From: an uncultured Nitrososphaeraceae archaeon
Lineage (GTDB): Archaea; Thermoproteota; Nitrososphaeria; Nitrososphaerales; Nitrososphaeraceae
Assembly: GCA_963837175.1 (NCBI GenBank)
Contig: CAWIMJ010000039.1
Location: forward strand, 62,830-126,829
DNA length: 64,000 bases
Direction: 5' to 3'
A program made the translations under genes and the position numbers. Within the stretch, counting starts at the first letter, position 1. Every line of letters begins with the position of its first letter. Below are positions 34,915 through 45,404 of this stretch, one piece after another. The notes under the pieces were generated by a model. The model was not told the origin of the DNA, made no database searches, and saw nothing but the letters and a program-made list of their open reading frames with translations.

Positions 34915-35898
34915 ATAGATTACGCTGGCATAAATAGCATAAATATACTGCGCAGACTGTAAAGTGAATTTGGTTTTGAGCTTTCTCTTATTGTCATTTA
35001 ATTAGATAATTTCTCACTCATCATTTAACTTTGGTAAATTGCAGTTGTAGTTGTTCTATCTATAGAATATTTTGAAAGACTAGTTTGTATTTGACGTCAT
35101 CGATTATGCTTTGTACCTAATATGAAGTGAAATCCAATTGATTATTGTTTTGTATGTCATATGTTTATTCCCTTCTTGTTCTTTCCTTCTCTCCATCTAT
35201 GAAATTTCTCTGCAAACATATACCATACTGCAATTGATGCAAATACAAAGGCCACTTTAGAAAGCAGTATTAACAAATTTATGAAGATAGAGAGTATGCC
35301 GCTAATTAGTCCTACAATTATACAATAGGCCAATACCTTCTTAGGTGTGAATCACTAGTCTTTTTTCCATCCTCTTGTTCTATATTATTTATCATTGAGG
35401 TACTAATGCTAGTGTTCCTACCAAAGGAATATTGTCATCATTAGTGTCTAGCTAGAATGTTGAGCGATGGGCTAACATCAATCAGAACACGACCACGTTC
35501 AATCAATGATTCATTGTACTCATGCCGTGATGATGACTTGTTTCCTGACATGGTACTAGAATGATAATGATTTTAGCTTTAAGAATTGTGCTACAATCTA
35601 CTTTTTTGTATGTCTGTTTATAATCCACTATTATTTTCTTATTGACTGCATCTCAGATGGTGTTTCAGTTTCTATGGGTAGTGGCTTCTTTGTTAATATT
35701 TAATTAGCATTATTTAAGGAAAGTATTTTCAATAGTGGTCATTCATTAACTTTATTAAATTTTTAGGCATTATCATATCATTTGTTTCTTATTTGAAATA
35801 AGATATATAATCATAGTTGCTACTGTTGCTGAATTATTATTATATATGCTAATACTGAAATATAATAGTATCAGCTTGTTAGCCATAAAAAAAGTCCT

Positions 35899-36147
35899 TT
35901 ACTCTTTTCCTCCTTGATCCTCTATAACCACCAAAGTCACAGTTGAAGTTATACCTGATATCCTTCTTATTTTACTTGTTATAGTGTGGTTTAATGACTC
36001 AGCATTGTCCGATTTTACTTTAACAAAAATGTCATGAACACCATATGTTCCTCTTACCTCTTTTGCGTTAGGTACTTCTGCTATTTCTTTGATAATGTTT
36101 TCTTCAGAACCCAAAATACAGTTAACCAAAACATATGCAGTTGGCAT
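35899..36147 (-). CDS. stand-alone Lrp/AsnC ligand-binding (RAM) domain protein
   Basis: MPTAYVLVNC..G.YDI-like GVHDIFVKV..IR.I.GI.ST.TL. Confidence 0.9.
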   Translation of the reverse strand: MPTAYVLVNCILGSEENIIKEIAEVPNAKEVRGTYGVHDIFVKVKSDNAESLNHTITSKIRRISGITSTVTLVVIEDQGGKE

Positions 36148-36360
36148 TATATAATAATTATACATATAACAAGATCTTTCTTAAGTATTTCGTTTAATGA
36201 TAACTATAATATTTCAGAATAATATCCAAAATGGATTGATTCTAGATTCTAAAGAAGTTAGTTTATGTATTCCCAATGCCTGTTCTAAAATCAAGATTAT
36301 AACAACAATTTGCTTTAGTTTTTATGTCTTCTTGATTATGTGAAATTAGCTTATTTGTTA

Positions 36361-37017
36361 TCAATTTTTATTAGAAACAGAATAAACTTGATAATCTCTT
36401 CCTAATGATAGTCCTGTATCTTTTAACTTAGTAAAAACGTATTCATTGAACGATTTTGTTTTTTGATAAAGTCCTTTTCCAATAACAATACTATTAGGAG
36501 AAGCCAACAGGTTAATCTTTGAGCACAAATTCACCGAATTACCAAAAATATCATGTACCGATGAGGTTGACATCTTGGCAACTATCACGGAACCATATTC
36601 ACAACTAATTCTATAACTTATATCTGGAAGTCCATCTATATGCATTCTTGCATTTATTTCAGGACGCTTTTGGATCATTACCATACTACATTTGAGAACA
36701 TCCTTGAAAGGCTCATTGCTATCAGAATCTGTTTTCGGAAAATAATAGAGCAAACTATCACCAATATTCTTTACAACAGTAGCACCAAAACTTGACGCTA
36801 TTTCTGCCATCATATTCAAAAAGGCTCCATAGTACATGCCAATTTTTTCATTTGACATCCCCATAGCTATGCTAGTTGAACCAACCATATCTACAACACA
36901 CACACAATAGTTTTTGCTAGACTCCAAAAATTGTAATAGAAGTTCTACCTGCTGTTTTTCTTTGCCTCTGTGCAGTGGTGATTTAAAATCTGATTCAAAT
37001 TTTTTACCTTTAACCAA
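36361..37017 (-). CDS. class III adenylate cyclase
   Basis: VDMVGST, VKNIGDSL and DIFGNSVNLCSKI (two metal Asp; ATP-specifying Lys/Asp). Confidence 0.88.
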   Translation of the reverse strand: MVKGKKFESDFKSPLHRGKEKQQVELLLQFLESSKNYCVCVVDMVGSTSIAMGMSNEKIGMYYGAFLNMMAEIASSFGATVVKNIGDSLLYYFPKTDSDSNEPFKDVLKCSMVMIQKRPEINARMHIDGLPDISYRISCEYGSVIVAKMSTSSVHDIFGNSVNLCSKINLLASPNSIVIGKGLYQKTKSFNEYVFTKLKDTGLSLGRDYQVYSVSNKN

Positions 37018-37089
37018 TTTTATCCCTTAAATTTGATAAAGAAGATGGAGATATATTGTAAAGTTATTCTGCAACAAAATTAAAATCTT

Positions 37090-37485
37090 TTAACCTAATT
37101 TGGTGGTGCTTACTGCAGAATGAATATGGCTTAGTTCATCTGTCTTTTCAAGAAGAGTTTCAATTCGTACTGGCTTTCTGATACAAGAATGTACTCCTTT
37201 TTTAATGAGATTATTTACTTCATCATCGGTAATTGATGAAGCAGTGAAAAGTACGATAGTACTATCCTTTATCTTTCCGTTTTCTAAAAGGCTATCTATT
37301 ACGTCTAAACCTGAAAAATCAGGCATTGCAATATCCAAGAATACTGCATCAAATTTTTGTTTATTCATAATATCTAGACCATCTTTGCCATTATCAGTCG
37401 CTATTACTTCATGACCAATTGTGCTCAGAACCTTAACGAAAAGATCCGTAATGTCCTGGCTATCATCAATTACGAGAAATTTCAT
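37090..37485 (-). CDS. stand-alone response regulator receiver (REC) protein
   Basis: LVIDD, FLDIAMP, FTAS and RKP. Confidence 0.93.
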   Translation of the reverse strand: MKFLVIDDSQDITDLFVKVLSTIGHEVIATDNGKDGLDIMNKQKFDAVFLDIAMPDFSGLDVIDSLLENGKIKDSTIVLFTASSITDDEVNNLIKKGVHSCIRKPVRIETLLEKTDELSHIHSAVSTTKLG

Positions 37486-37487
37486 GT

Positions 37488-39809
37488 TTAGTATTTTCTT
37501 GGCAAACTAAAATAAAAATTAGATCCCTTTCCTTCCTCTGTTTCTACCCATATAGTTCCACCTAATTGTGTAACTATGCCTTTGCTGATAGCTAGTCCAA
37601 GTCCTGTACCACCATGCTTTCTTGTAAGTGAAGTATCAACTTGATAAAATTTTTTGAAAAGAAATTCTTGTTTGTCTTTTGAAATGCCGGGACCATTATC
37701 TCTAACACAAAAAACGATATTATTGGCTCGGGTTTCTGCAGTTACGTTAATTCTCCCTCCAGTTTTAGGCACAAAGTCTATGGAATTGTAAAGTAAAGCT
37801 GATAAGACTTGTAAAATTCTGGCTTCATCAGATTGTAATCTTATCCCTGGTGCTTCAGCGCTGATAGTAAATTGAATATTTTTTTCTTTTAATAAAGGTT
37901 CAAAGTCTTTTTTGATTTTATTAAAGAGGAGATCTACTTGTACTTCTCCTACGACGAACTTTAGTTCATTAAGCTCAAGTTTTTGAGCATCAAGCATATC
38001 GCTAATCATTTTTTCTAATTTTACTGCATTTGATTCAATTGTCTCTACTGCGGTACGCTGTTGTGGAGCCAGATGTCCAAGTATTTTTGGTGTTTTTAGG
38101 GCGCCGCACCAACCAATAATCGGAGTAAGTGGAGTCTTTAACTCATGTGAGGTCATACTAAGAAATTCATCTTTGAGTTTGTCTTTACGCCTTAATTCTA
38201 TGTTTGTCCTTTTGAGTTCTTCAACATGTCTTTTGATAATTTCAGCACTTTCTTTGTCTCGTTTTAATGCTTCCTGCAGCTCATACTCAATATTTTTTAG
38301 GTCAGTAATATCATTTTGTATTGCAATGTATTGCTTTGGTTGCCTATTCTCATCAAGGAACGGTACAATAGTTGTCTTCACCCAATAATAAGTTCCATCT
38401 TTTGCCTTGTTTTTTATCTCACCCTCAAATATTTTCCCATGCAAAATAGTTTTCCACATTTGCTCAAAAAACTCTGTAGGATGGTATCCTGATTTTACTA
38501 TACGTGGATTATCACCAATTAATTCCTTTTCATAGTATTTTGAAATTTCAATAAATTTTTGATTTATCTTTGTAATTCTTCCGTTTCTGTCTGTCACCAA
38601 AACGATTGCAGTAGCATCAAGTGCATTTCTCATATCAGTAAGTTCTTTTGTCCTTTCCTTTACAAGTTTGTTTAGGTTCATATTAGTTTCAAGCACATTT
38701 TTTCTCATCTCGTCAAACTGATGTGCAAGATGCCCAATCTCGTCACTAGATTTTATATCTACTCTATAATTATAATCGCCTTTTGATATTCTATTTACTG
38801 CATTTCTTAGCTTTGTAATTGGTTTTGAAATAGTCCTTGACACATAAAATGCAATTGCAACAAAAATAGAGCTAATTACTATGGATATTACTATTATTTG
38901 ATTTTTCAGTTGTGCAATTGGCTTGAAAATCTCTGCTTCGTCAATTTCTGCAAGCAATGCTAATCCTAAATCTTTGGCACAATATGAAAATCCAACTATC
39001 GGTATGTTTCTGTAATCCTTATAAATGGTATTTATTTCCTTACCTTTCTCAAAGCATTCCTTAACAGGTAATGTATCCACGGTTTGGCGAAATGCAGCAT
39101 TTTCAATAAATCTAGATTCTGAAATCATTTTTTTATCCTCGTTTACTAAATATACTTCACCTGTTTCACCTAATCCCTTCCTATTTAGAAGAATTTCATC
39201 AAATGCATGAGTATCCATCGTAGCAATGATTACTCCAACGGGATTTGATGCTTCAGTATTATCAATATTTGGGACTGGTACTGCTACTATAGTTTTTCTT
39301 TTATTATCCTTCAAGTCGAAATAAACGAACGGTTCAGCCAATCCATGTCTTAATTCTAACTTGTCTGAATAATTTTTTCCAATCTCGGAAGGATCAGTTG
39401 ATATTAACACATTCCCATTTACTCCAATCACCTTTACATTTTCAAGAATAGCTGATTTTCCTAGGACTTTTTGAAATGATTCTATTTCTCTTTGAAAATC
39501 TTCCTGATAAACTTGTAGAACTTTATTACTATCAATAGTTTTATTTTGGTAAAGTTGCAAAATGATATTTTGTATTATCCCATTTGTACCTAAAAGACGT
39601 ATTTGTTGTATTCTTGTTTCTATTAATGATTTAATGGCTGCACCTCTTCCTGTTGATTCACTTGTGAGCTGATCTTCAACCCTTTCCTTTAGTAAGTTAT
39701 TAGCTGCAATAAAGCTCATTATTGAAACAGTGATTAATGCTGCTAAAGAAAGAATCAAGCTTAAAGCAATTATCTTGGAATTAATACTTAGAAGAATTGA
39801 TTTTACCAA
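37488..39809 (-). CDS. membrane sensor histidine kinase: dCache-HAMP-PAS-HisKA-HATPase
   Basis: 2 TM flanking a Cache region (YKDYRNIPIVG), HAMP DEIGHLA..F, PAS (G.NPRIVKSGYH..W), SHELKTPL, DNGPG and GGTGLGL. Confidence 0.95.
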   Translation of the reverse strand: MVKSILLSINSKIIALSLILSLAALITVSIMSFIAANNLLKERVEDQLTSESTGRGAAIKSLIETRIQQIRLLGTNGIIQNIILQLYQNKTIDSNKVLQVYQEDFQREIESFQKVLGKSAILENVKVIGVNGNVLISTDPSEIGKNYSDKLELRHGLAEPFVYFDLKDNKRKTIVAVPVPNIDNTEASNPVGVIIATMDTHAFDEILLNRKGLGETGEVYLVNEDKKMISESRFIENAAFRQTVDTLPVKECFEKGKEINTIYKDYRNIPIVGFSYCAKDLGLALLAEIDEAEIFKPIAQLKNQIIVISIVISSIFVAIAFYVSRTISKPITKLRNAVNRISKGDYNYRVDIKSSDEIGHLAHQFDEMRKNVLETNMNLNKLVKERTKELTDMRNALDATAIVLVTDRNGRITKINQKFIEISKYYEKELIGDNPRIVKSGYHPTEFFEQMWKTILHGKIFEGEIKNKAKDGTYYWVKTTIVPFLDENRQPKQYIAIQNDITDLKNIEYELQEALKRDKESAEIIKRHVEELKRTNIELRRKDKLKDEFLSMTSHELKTPLTPIIGWCGALKTPKILGHLAPQQRTAVETIESNAVKLEKMISDMLDAQKLELNELKFVVGEVQVDLLFNKIKKDFEPLLKEKNIQFTISAEAPGIRLQSDEARILQVLSALLYNSIDFVPKTGGRINVTAETRANNIVFCVRDNGPGISKDKQEFLFKKFYQVDTSLTRKHGGTGLGLAISKGIVTQLGGTIWVETEEGKGSNFYFSLPRKY

Positions 39810-39932
39810 TTCATAATATTAAGTAAAATCTAGAATAAAAAGTAGTATAGGTATTTTTAATGGAGCAACAAATCTATGGAATTGTTAAAGAAATTAAATA
39901 TGTATAAACAAATCAAATAAATATAGATAAAA

Positions 39933-40200
39933 ATGAAAGAAATAGGCTCTATATATGAACTGGTATACATATAAGAATACTAACTTGCCAAAGAAATAGA
40001 ATCTTGGAATGATTTTGAGTCTAGCTCAAGAGAAAGATAAAATTCTATTCAACGAGATGTTAAATAAATGTCGAAAGGAAGAAGAGTATAGTAAAGCATT
40101 CGACGCTAAAGGCGAATACAACTCTGCTGAATCCCTGTTTATGGTTTTGATATTTCAGCAACAGAAAATGATCAGTAAAATTAATTGAAAATTGTCAAAC
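39933..40200 (+). pseudogene. small alpha-helical protein resembling the PolB2-associated arCOG07300 family, degraded
   Basis: Fragments LAKEIESWNDF / KILFNEMLNKCRK..YSKAF..AESLFMVLIFQQQKMI; resemblance recalled from memory. Confidence 0.45.
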
Positions 40201-40373
40201 ATAAGATAAAAAACAATTTAAACATCTAGGATATTACAGGCTTCTTTTCTGAGTGTTATAATTGCATCAAATACATATATTGTAGACAAGAAGTTTTATG
40301 ACTATTTTAAAAAGAAATGAGGTGAGCTTTCTTTCTGATTTCTTCTATTCTTTTTATTCACTATTGTCCTGTA

Positions 40374-40928
40374 TTATCCCATCATTCCAGGACCCATCAT
40401 TCCAGGACCCATCATTCCAGGACCCATCATTCCAGGACCCATCATCATCCCTTTATGCATCATTAAATGCTCCTCTTTTGATATCTGCTTACTTGATAAC
40501 ACTTGACCATTTCCTGGATCTACTATGACCGTATGAAAGTTCATGTTAGGATCTATTACAAAAATAGTGTATACTAAATATCCATTCTCATCTCCAAGGT
40601 GTGCTGCTACAGCATGTGAATTATTACCAACTGAACTCTCTGCAGTTGTTGTGGCATTACTCAGGCTTACTTTTATCTGTGATCCAAGAGCATTTGTTAT
40701 TATATTCATCAAGTTAATTGAACTGGTGACATTTTCGCCACGCATCGTCATCATCATACCTCTTGGTTCCATCATGGTATCAGTCATCATATTGGTATCA
40801 CTAACATTGGCTGTCTGAGCATTTGCATTCTGTTGTATGGTTGCAGAAGATGATGCACCACTCATTACTACTGCCACTATTACAGCATAAGAAACAATCA
40901 TTATAGTTGTCAATATTTTCGATTTCAT
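40374..40928 (-). CDS. secreted PepSY-domain protein with Met-rich segments and (MMGPG)n tail
   Basis: Signal peptide, VSLS.A...AE..V, NGYLVY..V.VDPGNG.VL and a Met-rich C-terminus. Confidence 0.85.
   Translation of the reverse strand: MKSKILTTIMIVSYAVIVAVVMSGASSSATIQQNANAQTANVSDTNMMTDTMMEPRGMMMTMRGENVTSSINLMNIITNALGSQIKVSLSNATTTAESSVGNNSHAVAAHLGDENGYLVYTIFVIDPNMNFHTVIVDPGNGQVLSSKQISKEEHLMMHKGMMMGPGMMGPGMMGPGMMGPGMMG
40378..40448 (-). repeat. 15-bp tandem repeat (ATCATTCCAGGACCC on +) x4-5 encoding MMGPG
   Basis: Directly visible at 40381-40440. Confidence 0.95.
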
Positions 40929-41186
40929 AACATAATCACCATACAAATGATCTTTCAATTATATTAGAGTTAGTGGTAGGATTACTGGGATATGATTACA
41001 GAATTTTAATTGTTGAAAGAATTGAAGTTATTAGCGTTTAACGTAACTAACTATGAAAAATGATTAGTTTTAATAAAAAGAAAAGGAAACATCAAGAAAA
41101 ATCTCCAAACCAGTGGTTGATGCTTAGTTGTTTGGACTAGTATATGCTACTAAATTTATAATTCACAAAAATAGTGTTTTTAAAGA

Positions 41187-42329
41187 TTAGAGATGACAAC
41201 GTCTTTGGAAAAGTATTGAATTAGTTAATGAAGGATTTGCTTTTTTCCAAATTAGTTCATCTCTAATCTGTAGTTTTTCAATCATAGAGATCTTTGATAA
41301 ATAATCACGATCATTATAGTGTGACAGGTAATCTTCCACAACTTGGCTATCGATCTTGCGCCATATGAGTATGCCATCAGCAACCTTTGTAGCTATCGAT
41401 AAGGTAGCCAACACAAGACGATCTGATGGTGGATTATAGTTATGTCTGGTGTAATTGTATGTTGTTGTTGGATATACAACATATCTTATGGGTTCATTAT
41501 CAAACATTCCCGCAAACGTTAACAGATCTTTTTTTAGATTTGTAATATTATAATAACACGCACTAGCTAGAATTACACCATCTATAAATCTGCTGTACTT
41601 GGCTACCACAGCATCAGTTCCTTCACCCTCAAAATATAGAACTGGATAAAACTCTACATCTTGACTCTTCTCATGTAATGCCTGAGAGAGGTTTGAGTAT
41701 ATCATATAATCAACATTCTTCCAGAATTTTGTATCGTTCCTGGTGCTTATCCAATTAAAGTCATCTATAGTAAATCCCTTAAATGATTTGTGCTCATCTT
41801 TGAGAATGTTAAAATAATCTATCCAGCCTTTCCAATCATAATTTCCGTTAGGCCCACCTTCAGAAGGCGGCAGCAGAATTATCAGTATTTGTAGATCGGT
41901 CTTATCAGCTGACTTTAGTAAGTTTTCTGTTATTTTTTTGGTCTTAGAATCGTTAAAATCCTTCATCACAAAATAGTATTCATGGAAACCCTGTTCAAGA
42001 AGTGTTTTTATAGCTTTTTGTTTTTGGTTGGCGCCTTGAATTTCTTCGAGAGGCATTTGATAAGGGTGCCATGCTCCAATGATGGTCATGTTTCTTTTTG
42101 ATAATAATTTTGTCATAATAATACTTTCATCTTCTTTTTGTGGTGGTATGTTTTTTGTAGTAGTATTTGTAGCAGTGATAGAAGACGCCGATAATTGGTG
42201 GTTGTGCTCTGTAGTAGCTATTGCATAGTAAGAAGAAAACTGCAATGATATAGACAGATTTAAAATTATAATATATATGACTGCTAAACTCACGGATTTA
42301 AGAAGGGTTTGCGGTTTGCCTATTCTCAT
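41187..42329 (-). CDS. secreted hypothetical protein, possible TIM-barrel/glycoside-hydrolase-like fold
   Basis: Signal peptide and alternating beta/alpha pattern with GFTIDDF, FYPVLYF and DGVIL. Confidence 0.7.
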   Translation of the reverse strand: MRIGKPQTLLKSVSLAVIYIIILNLSISLQFSSYYAIATTEHNHQLSASSITATNTTTKNIPPQKEDESIIMTKLLSKRNMTIIGAWHPYQMPLEEIQGANQKQKAIKTLLEQGFHEYYFVMKDFNDSKTKKITENLLKSADKTDLQILIILLPPSEGGPNGNYDWKGWIDYFNILKDEHKSFKGFTIDDFNWISTRNDTKFWKNVDYMIYSNLSQALHEKSQDVEFYPVLYFEGEGTDAVVAKYSRFIDGVILASACYYNITNLKKDLLTFAGMFDNEPIRYVVYPTTTYNYTRHNYNPPSDRLVLATLSIATKVADGILIWRKIDSQVVEDYLSHYNDRDYLSKISMIEKLQIRDELIWKKANPSLTNSILFQRRCHL

Positions 42330-42629
42330 ATAGCATCTAGTAAATTAGTATTAGATGAATCAAAAAACTTAAAGTTATACATATCGCTATTCGTTTTATG
42401 TCACTTATTAAGAAGATTCTTTAAGCGAGCAAATCCAATATCTCTTCTTTTTACTTTCAGTAAGTTTATTCATTGATTGCTCCTACAGAGTGGCTGAGCA
42501 CCAAATCGATTAATTCTTCATTCAAGAGGAACTGCAGAGCACCAAGTTCGAAATTGCCAATTCAATATAAGCTAACCACGTAGAAATCACTTGACTGATA
42601 GTTCTACATTTTCGAAGATCATTTATCAT

Positions 42630-42846
42630 ATCTTTCAAGCTCTGATTTCCGAATATTTATTGATATCTATTGTCAGTCAAAACCTTTGTACAACATGATT
42701 TGGTAGCTTGTAACGAGTTCTGCATAGTCAGTTGAAAACTAAAATTGAGTTATCGCCTAAAGCATCAACACTTCCTATCAGATTTCCATTATCTGATCAG
42801 GGTTTTATGAGTAATGGCCTCCCATTCTGCTACTCATTCTGACAAT
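42630..42846 (-). pseudogene. second, inverted degraded copy of 20866-21090
   Basis: Reverse complement aligns colinearly (roughly 80% by eye) with 20861-21080. Confidence 0.75.
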
Positions 42847-43417
42847 TTTTCTTTACAAACAAGAGTGTAAATATAAAAGAATTTCAATATCTAAGGTCAT
42901 AATGTATAAGTTGATGTCTCCCAACTTATTAAAAAATTTTTAATACCACGCTATGACAAAATGTTTAATGATGCAATTAAGAAATTGATTATTAAATTAA
43001 ATTTTAGATAACGTTCCATTCGAGAAAGACTATTCACTATTGTGAATAGTCAAATAAATATCTACATTAGAGTATGCAGAAAGGAAATCATAAAGGAAAA
43101 AAAGAGACATAGATAATAATGACTTATTAGGAACACATATTGATCACTTATTCTAATCTTACACGCATTATCTTACTCATTAATTGATAGGCGAGTTGGA
43201 ATCAGCAGAACTAATTTCTGATTATATTCTGACAGATATATTTTGATGGTTGACAGATCGAATAAGAGATATTCATTATTTCCTCTACAATGAAATACTA
43301 TGAAATATGAATATAGCTATTACATATTCAATAGTGTATTCAATTATTTTCTAAATTTTTGTATAACATGTAACTACAACTTCATGAGCCAGGAAATATC
43401 ATTATAACATAATAATA

Positions 43418-44599
43418 TTGACCAACTGGTCAGTTATATTTATTAAGACATCTTTTTCAATACTATGTATGAAAGTAATGCATAATAATATTGACCATCT
43501 TCTCCACTCAAATACAATGAATGTCTCCTTAGCAGCATTGATTATAGCTACTGCAGGTGCGTTTCTCCAAATAGGTGGGACAAGCTGGGATGTGACTTCT
43601 CATCTGATGTTGCAACCAGAGACTTTCTTTACACCCTCTCATACTGTTCTTTATACTGGTGTTGGTTTGTTAACTATAACTGCTGGGTTAGTTGGAGCTT
43701 TGTTAATTAAGAATAAGGATCTGGGAACAAAATCCTTTTCCACATCTTTCAAATTATTTATAATAGGATCTGCAATTTCTCTAGTCGCCGGACCAACAGA
43801 CTTCCTATGGCATGAAACATTTGGAGTTGACGGATTACTTAGTCCTCCACACTTGGCATTGATTACAGGTATGCTTATTAATTCTGTTGGAGTCGTGATT
43901 GGAATTACAAGGATAATAGTACATGTACCACCATTAAAACAAAAGTTAATCAAAGTTACAATGATTCCTGCATTTGCAGCTTTATGGTTTACAACCACAT
44001 GGTATGTCTATATGTTTGCTCTACCGTTTTCAAATGGAGAGCACTTCCAATTTAATTTGGATCCCAATGTTGCCACCCTCATAGCATTAATCGCTTTACC
44101 ATTACTGAGTTCTGTGATATTCTTAACTGCATCTAAAGCAATTGGAAGATTCGGGGCTGCAACTGCTGTTGTGGCAGTAGTAGCAGGAATTAATATTTTT
44201 GCAAATATCATTCCAACTGGCAATGTTTTGACACCACTGTTACCATGGTATTCAATGTTATCCATACTTCCTGTAATAGTAGCTGATCTGGTGTTAAATA
44301 ATTCAATTATCAAATCTAAGATGGGAAGTCTGAGACCAGAAATAATATCAGGTATAATAATCGGTTCGATATTCTATGTGCTTAACTACCCAATGTTGAC
44401 ATGGACATTTTCTTTGCCCTTAAATATGCCGCTTGATTCTATAAATAATATATTACCAAACTTTGTAAATTCTATGCCAACAGTATTGGCTATTACATTA
44501 GTTCCTGGTGCAATTATGGGTATGATAGGAGCTATTATATCTTTTAAGATAATAAATGTTCCTCGATCTTGTCAACACGAGGTAGGTAATCAAATATAA
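43418..44599 (+). CDS. polytopic membrane protein with two D-x3-H-x12-H motifs (AmoC/PmoC-like N-half, possibly AmoA-like C-half)
   Basis: WDVTSHLMLQPETFFTPSH and TDFLWHETFGVDGLLSPPH; about 10-11 hydrophobic helices. True start likely 43478 or 43517. Confidence 0.8.
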   Translation: MTNWSVIFIKTSFSILCMKVMHNNIDHLLHSNTMNVSLAALIIATAGAFLQIGGTSWDVTSHLMLQPETFFTPSHTVLYTGVGLLTITAGLVGALLIKNKDLGTKSFSTSFKLFIIGSAISLVAGPTDFLWHETFGVDGLLSPPHLALITGMLINSVGVVIGITRIIVHVPPLKQKLIKVTMIPAFAALWFTTTWYVYMFALPFSNGEHFQFNLDPNVATLIALIALPLLSSVIFLTASKAIGRFGAATAVVAVVAGINIFANIIPTGNVLTPLLPWYSMLSILPVIVADLVLNNSIIKSKMGSLRPEIISGIIIGSIFYVLNYPMLTWTFSLPLNMPLDSINNILPNFVNSMPTVLAITLVPGAIMGMIGAIISFKIINVPRSCQHEVGNQI

Positions 44600-45404
44600 T
44601 AAAATAAAGAAAAAATAGTTGGAGAAACAAAATTGTGTCCTAGAGAAACTGCTCAATAATTTATACATCTTCTAAAATAATAATGATAACAATAATAAGA
44701 ATAAGAATAATAATAGCAAACCAACAATCTTTATAATTTATTCCTCTTCTATCTATGCTAATTTCCTAAACTAAATTAGATTCATTAAATGGAGCCAGGA
44801 AAGATATTTTGTCTATACTTTGTATCTACGACAAAGTTATGCTTATAATAACAGAATTAAGAATAGAATGGTTCTTTTGTATTTCTATTTATTTATTTAT
44901 TTATATATATTTTCTCCTTCAATTTTTCCATTTCCTATACAATACACTTTAATTATTCTTTAATTTATAATTAGAATAGTAATCGTTGGTTACCATTAAC
45001 ATAGCAGATATATCCAATGGATTCTTCTACCATTGGCGAACTTTTGATTGGACATTCTTAGAAAAAAGGGTTTATCATAACAAAATATGAATAGTAATTA
45101 TAGGAAGAGAATTTGATGTCATTTATATTATTAGCAGAGAACAATGCTTAATAAAGAAAAATTGAGATTGACTCCAACCTAAAAAAAGAGTTCTCAATTA
45201 CTCTCTTCTAAATTTATATTCATCTTGAGTTAGTATACCAAATGTATATTTTTCATAACAATTCAATATTAATTTCTTAATTGATATATACTACTATAAC
45301 ATTCAAAAAATTAATATGAACACCTACACTAAGATTCCATTAGAACTGGTGATTGGGAAATAAGGATAGATGACAAGTTTCTCTATAGATTCAGTAAAGA
45401 TGTA

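Noticed and set aside
40378-40448. CRISPR-like array
   Set aside because: 15-bp head-to-tail repeats without spacers, coding for MMGPG; no cas genes.
40298-40528. ORF with (FQDPS)n repeats
   Set aside because: Antisense shadow of the PepSY MMGPG repeat.
43418-44599. Canonical amoC or amoA gene call
   Set aside because: Twice the length of AmoC with only motif-level similarity, and no amoB/amoX neighbours.
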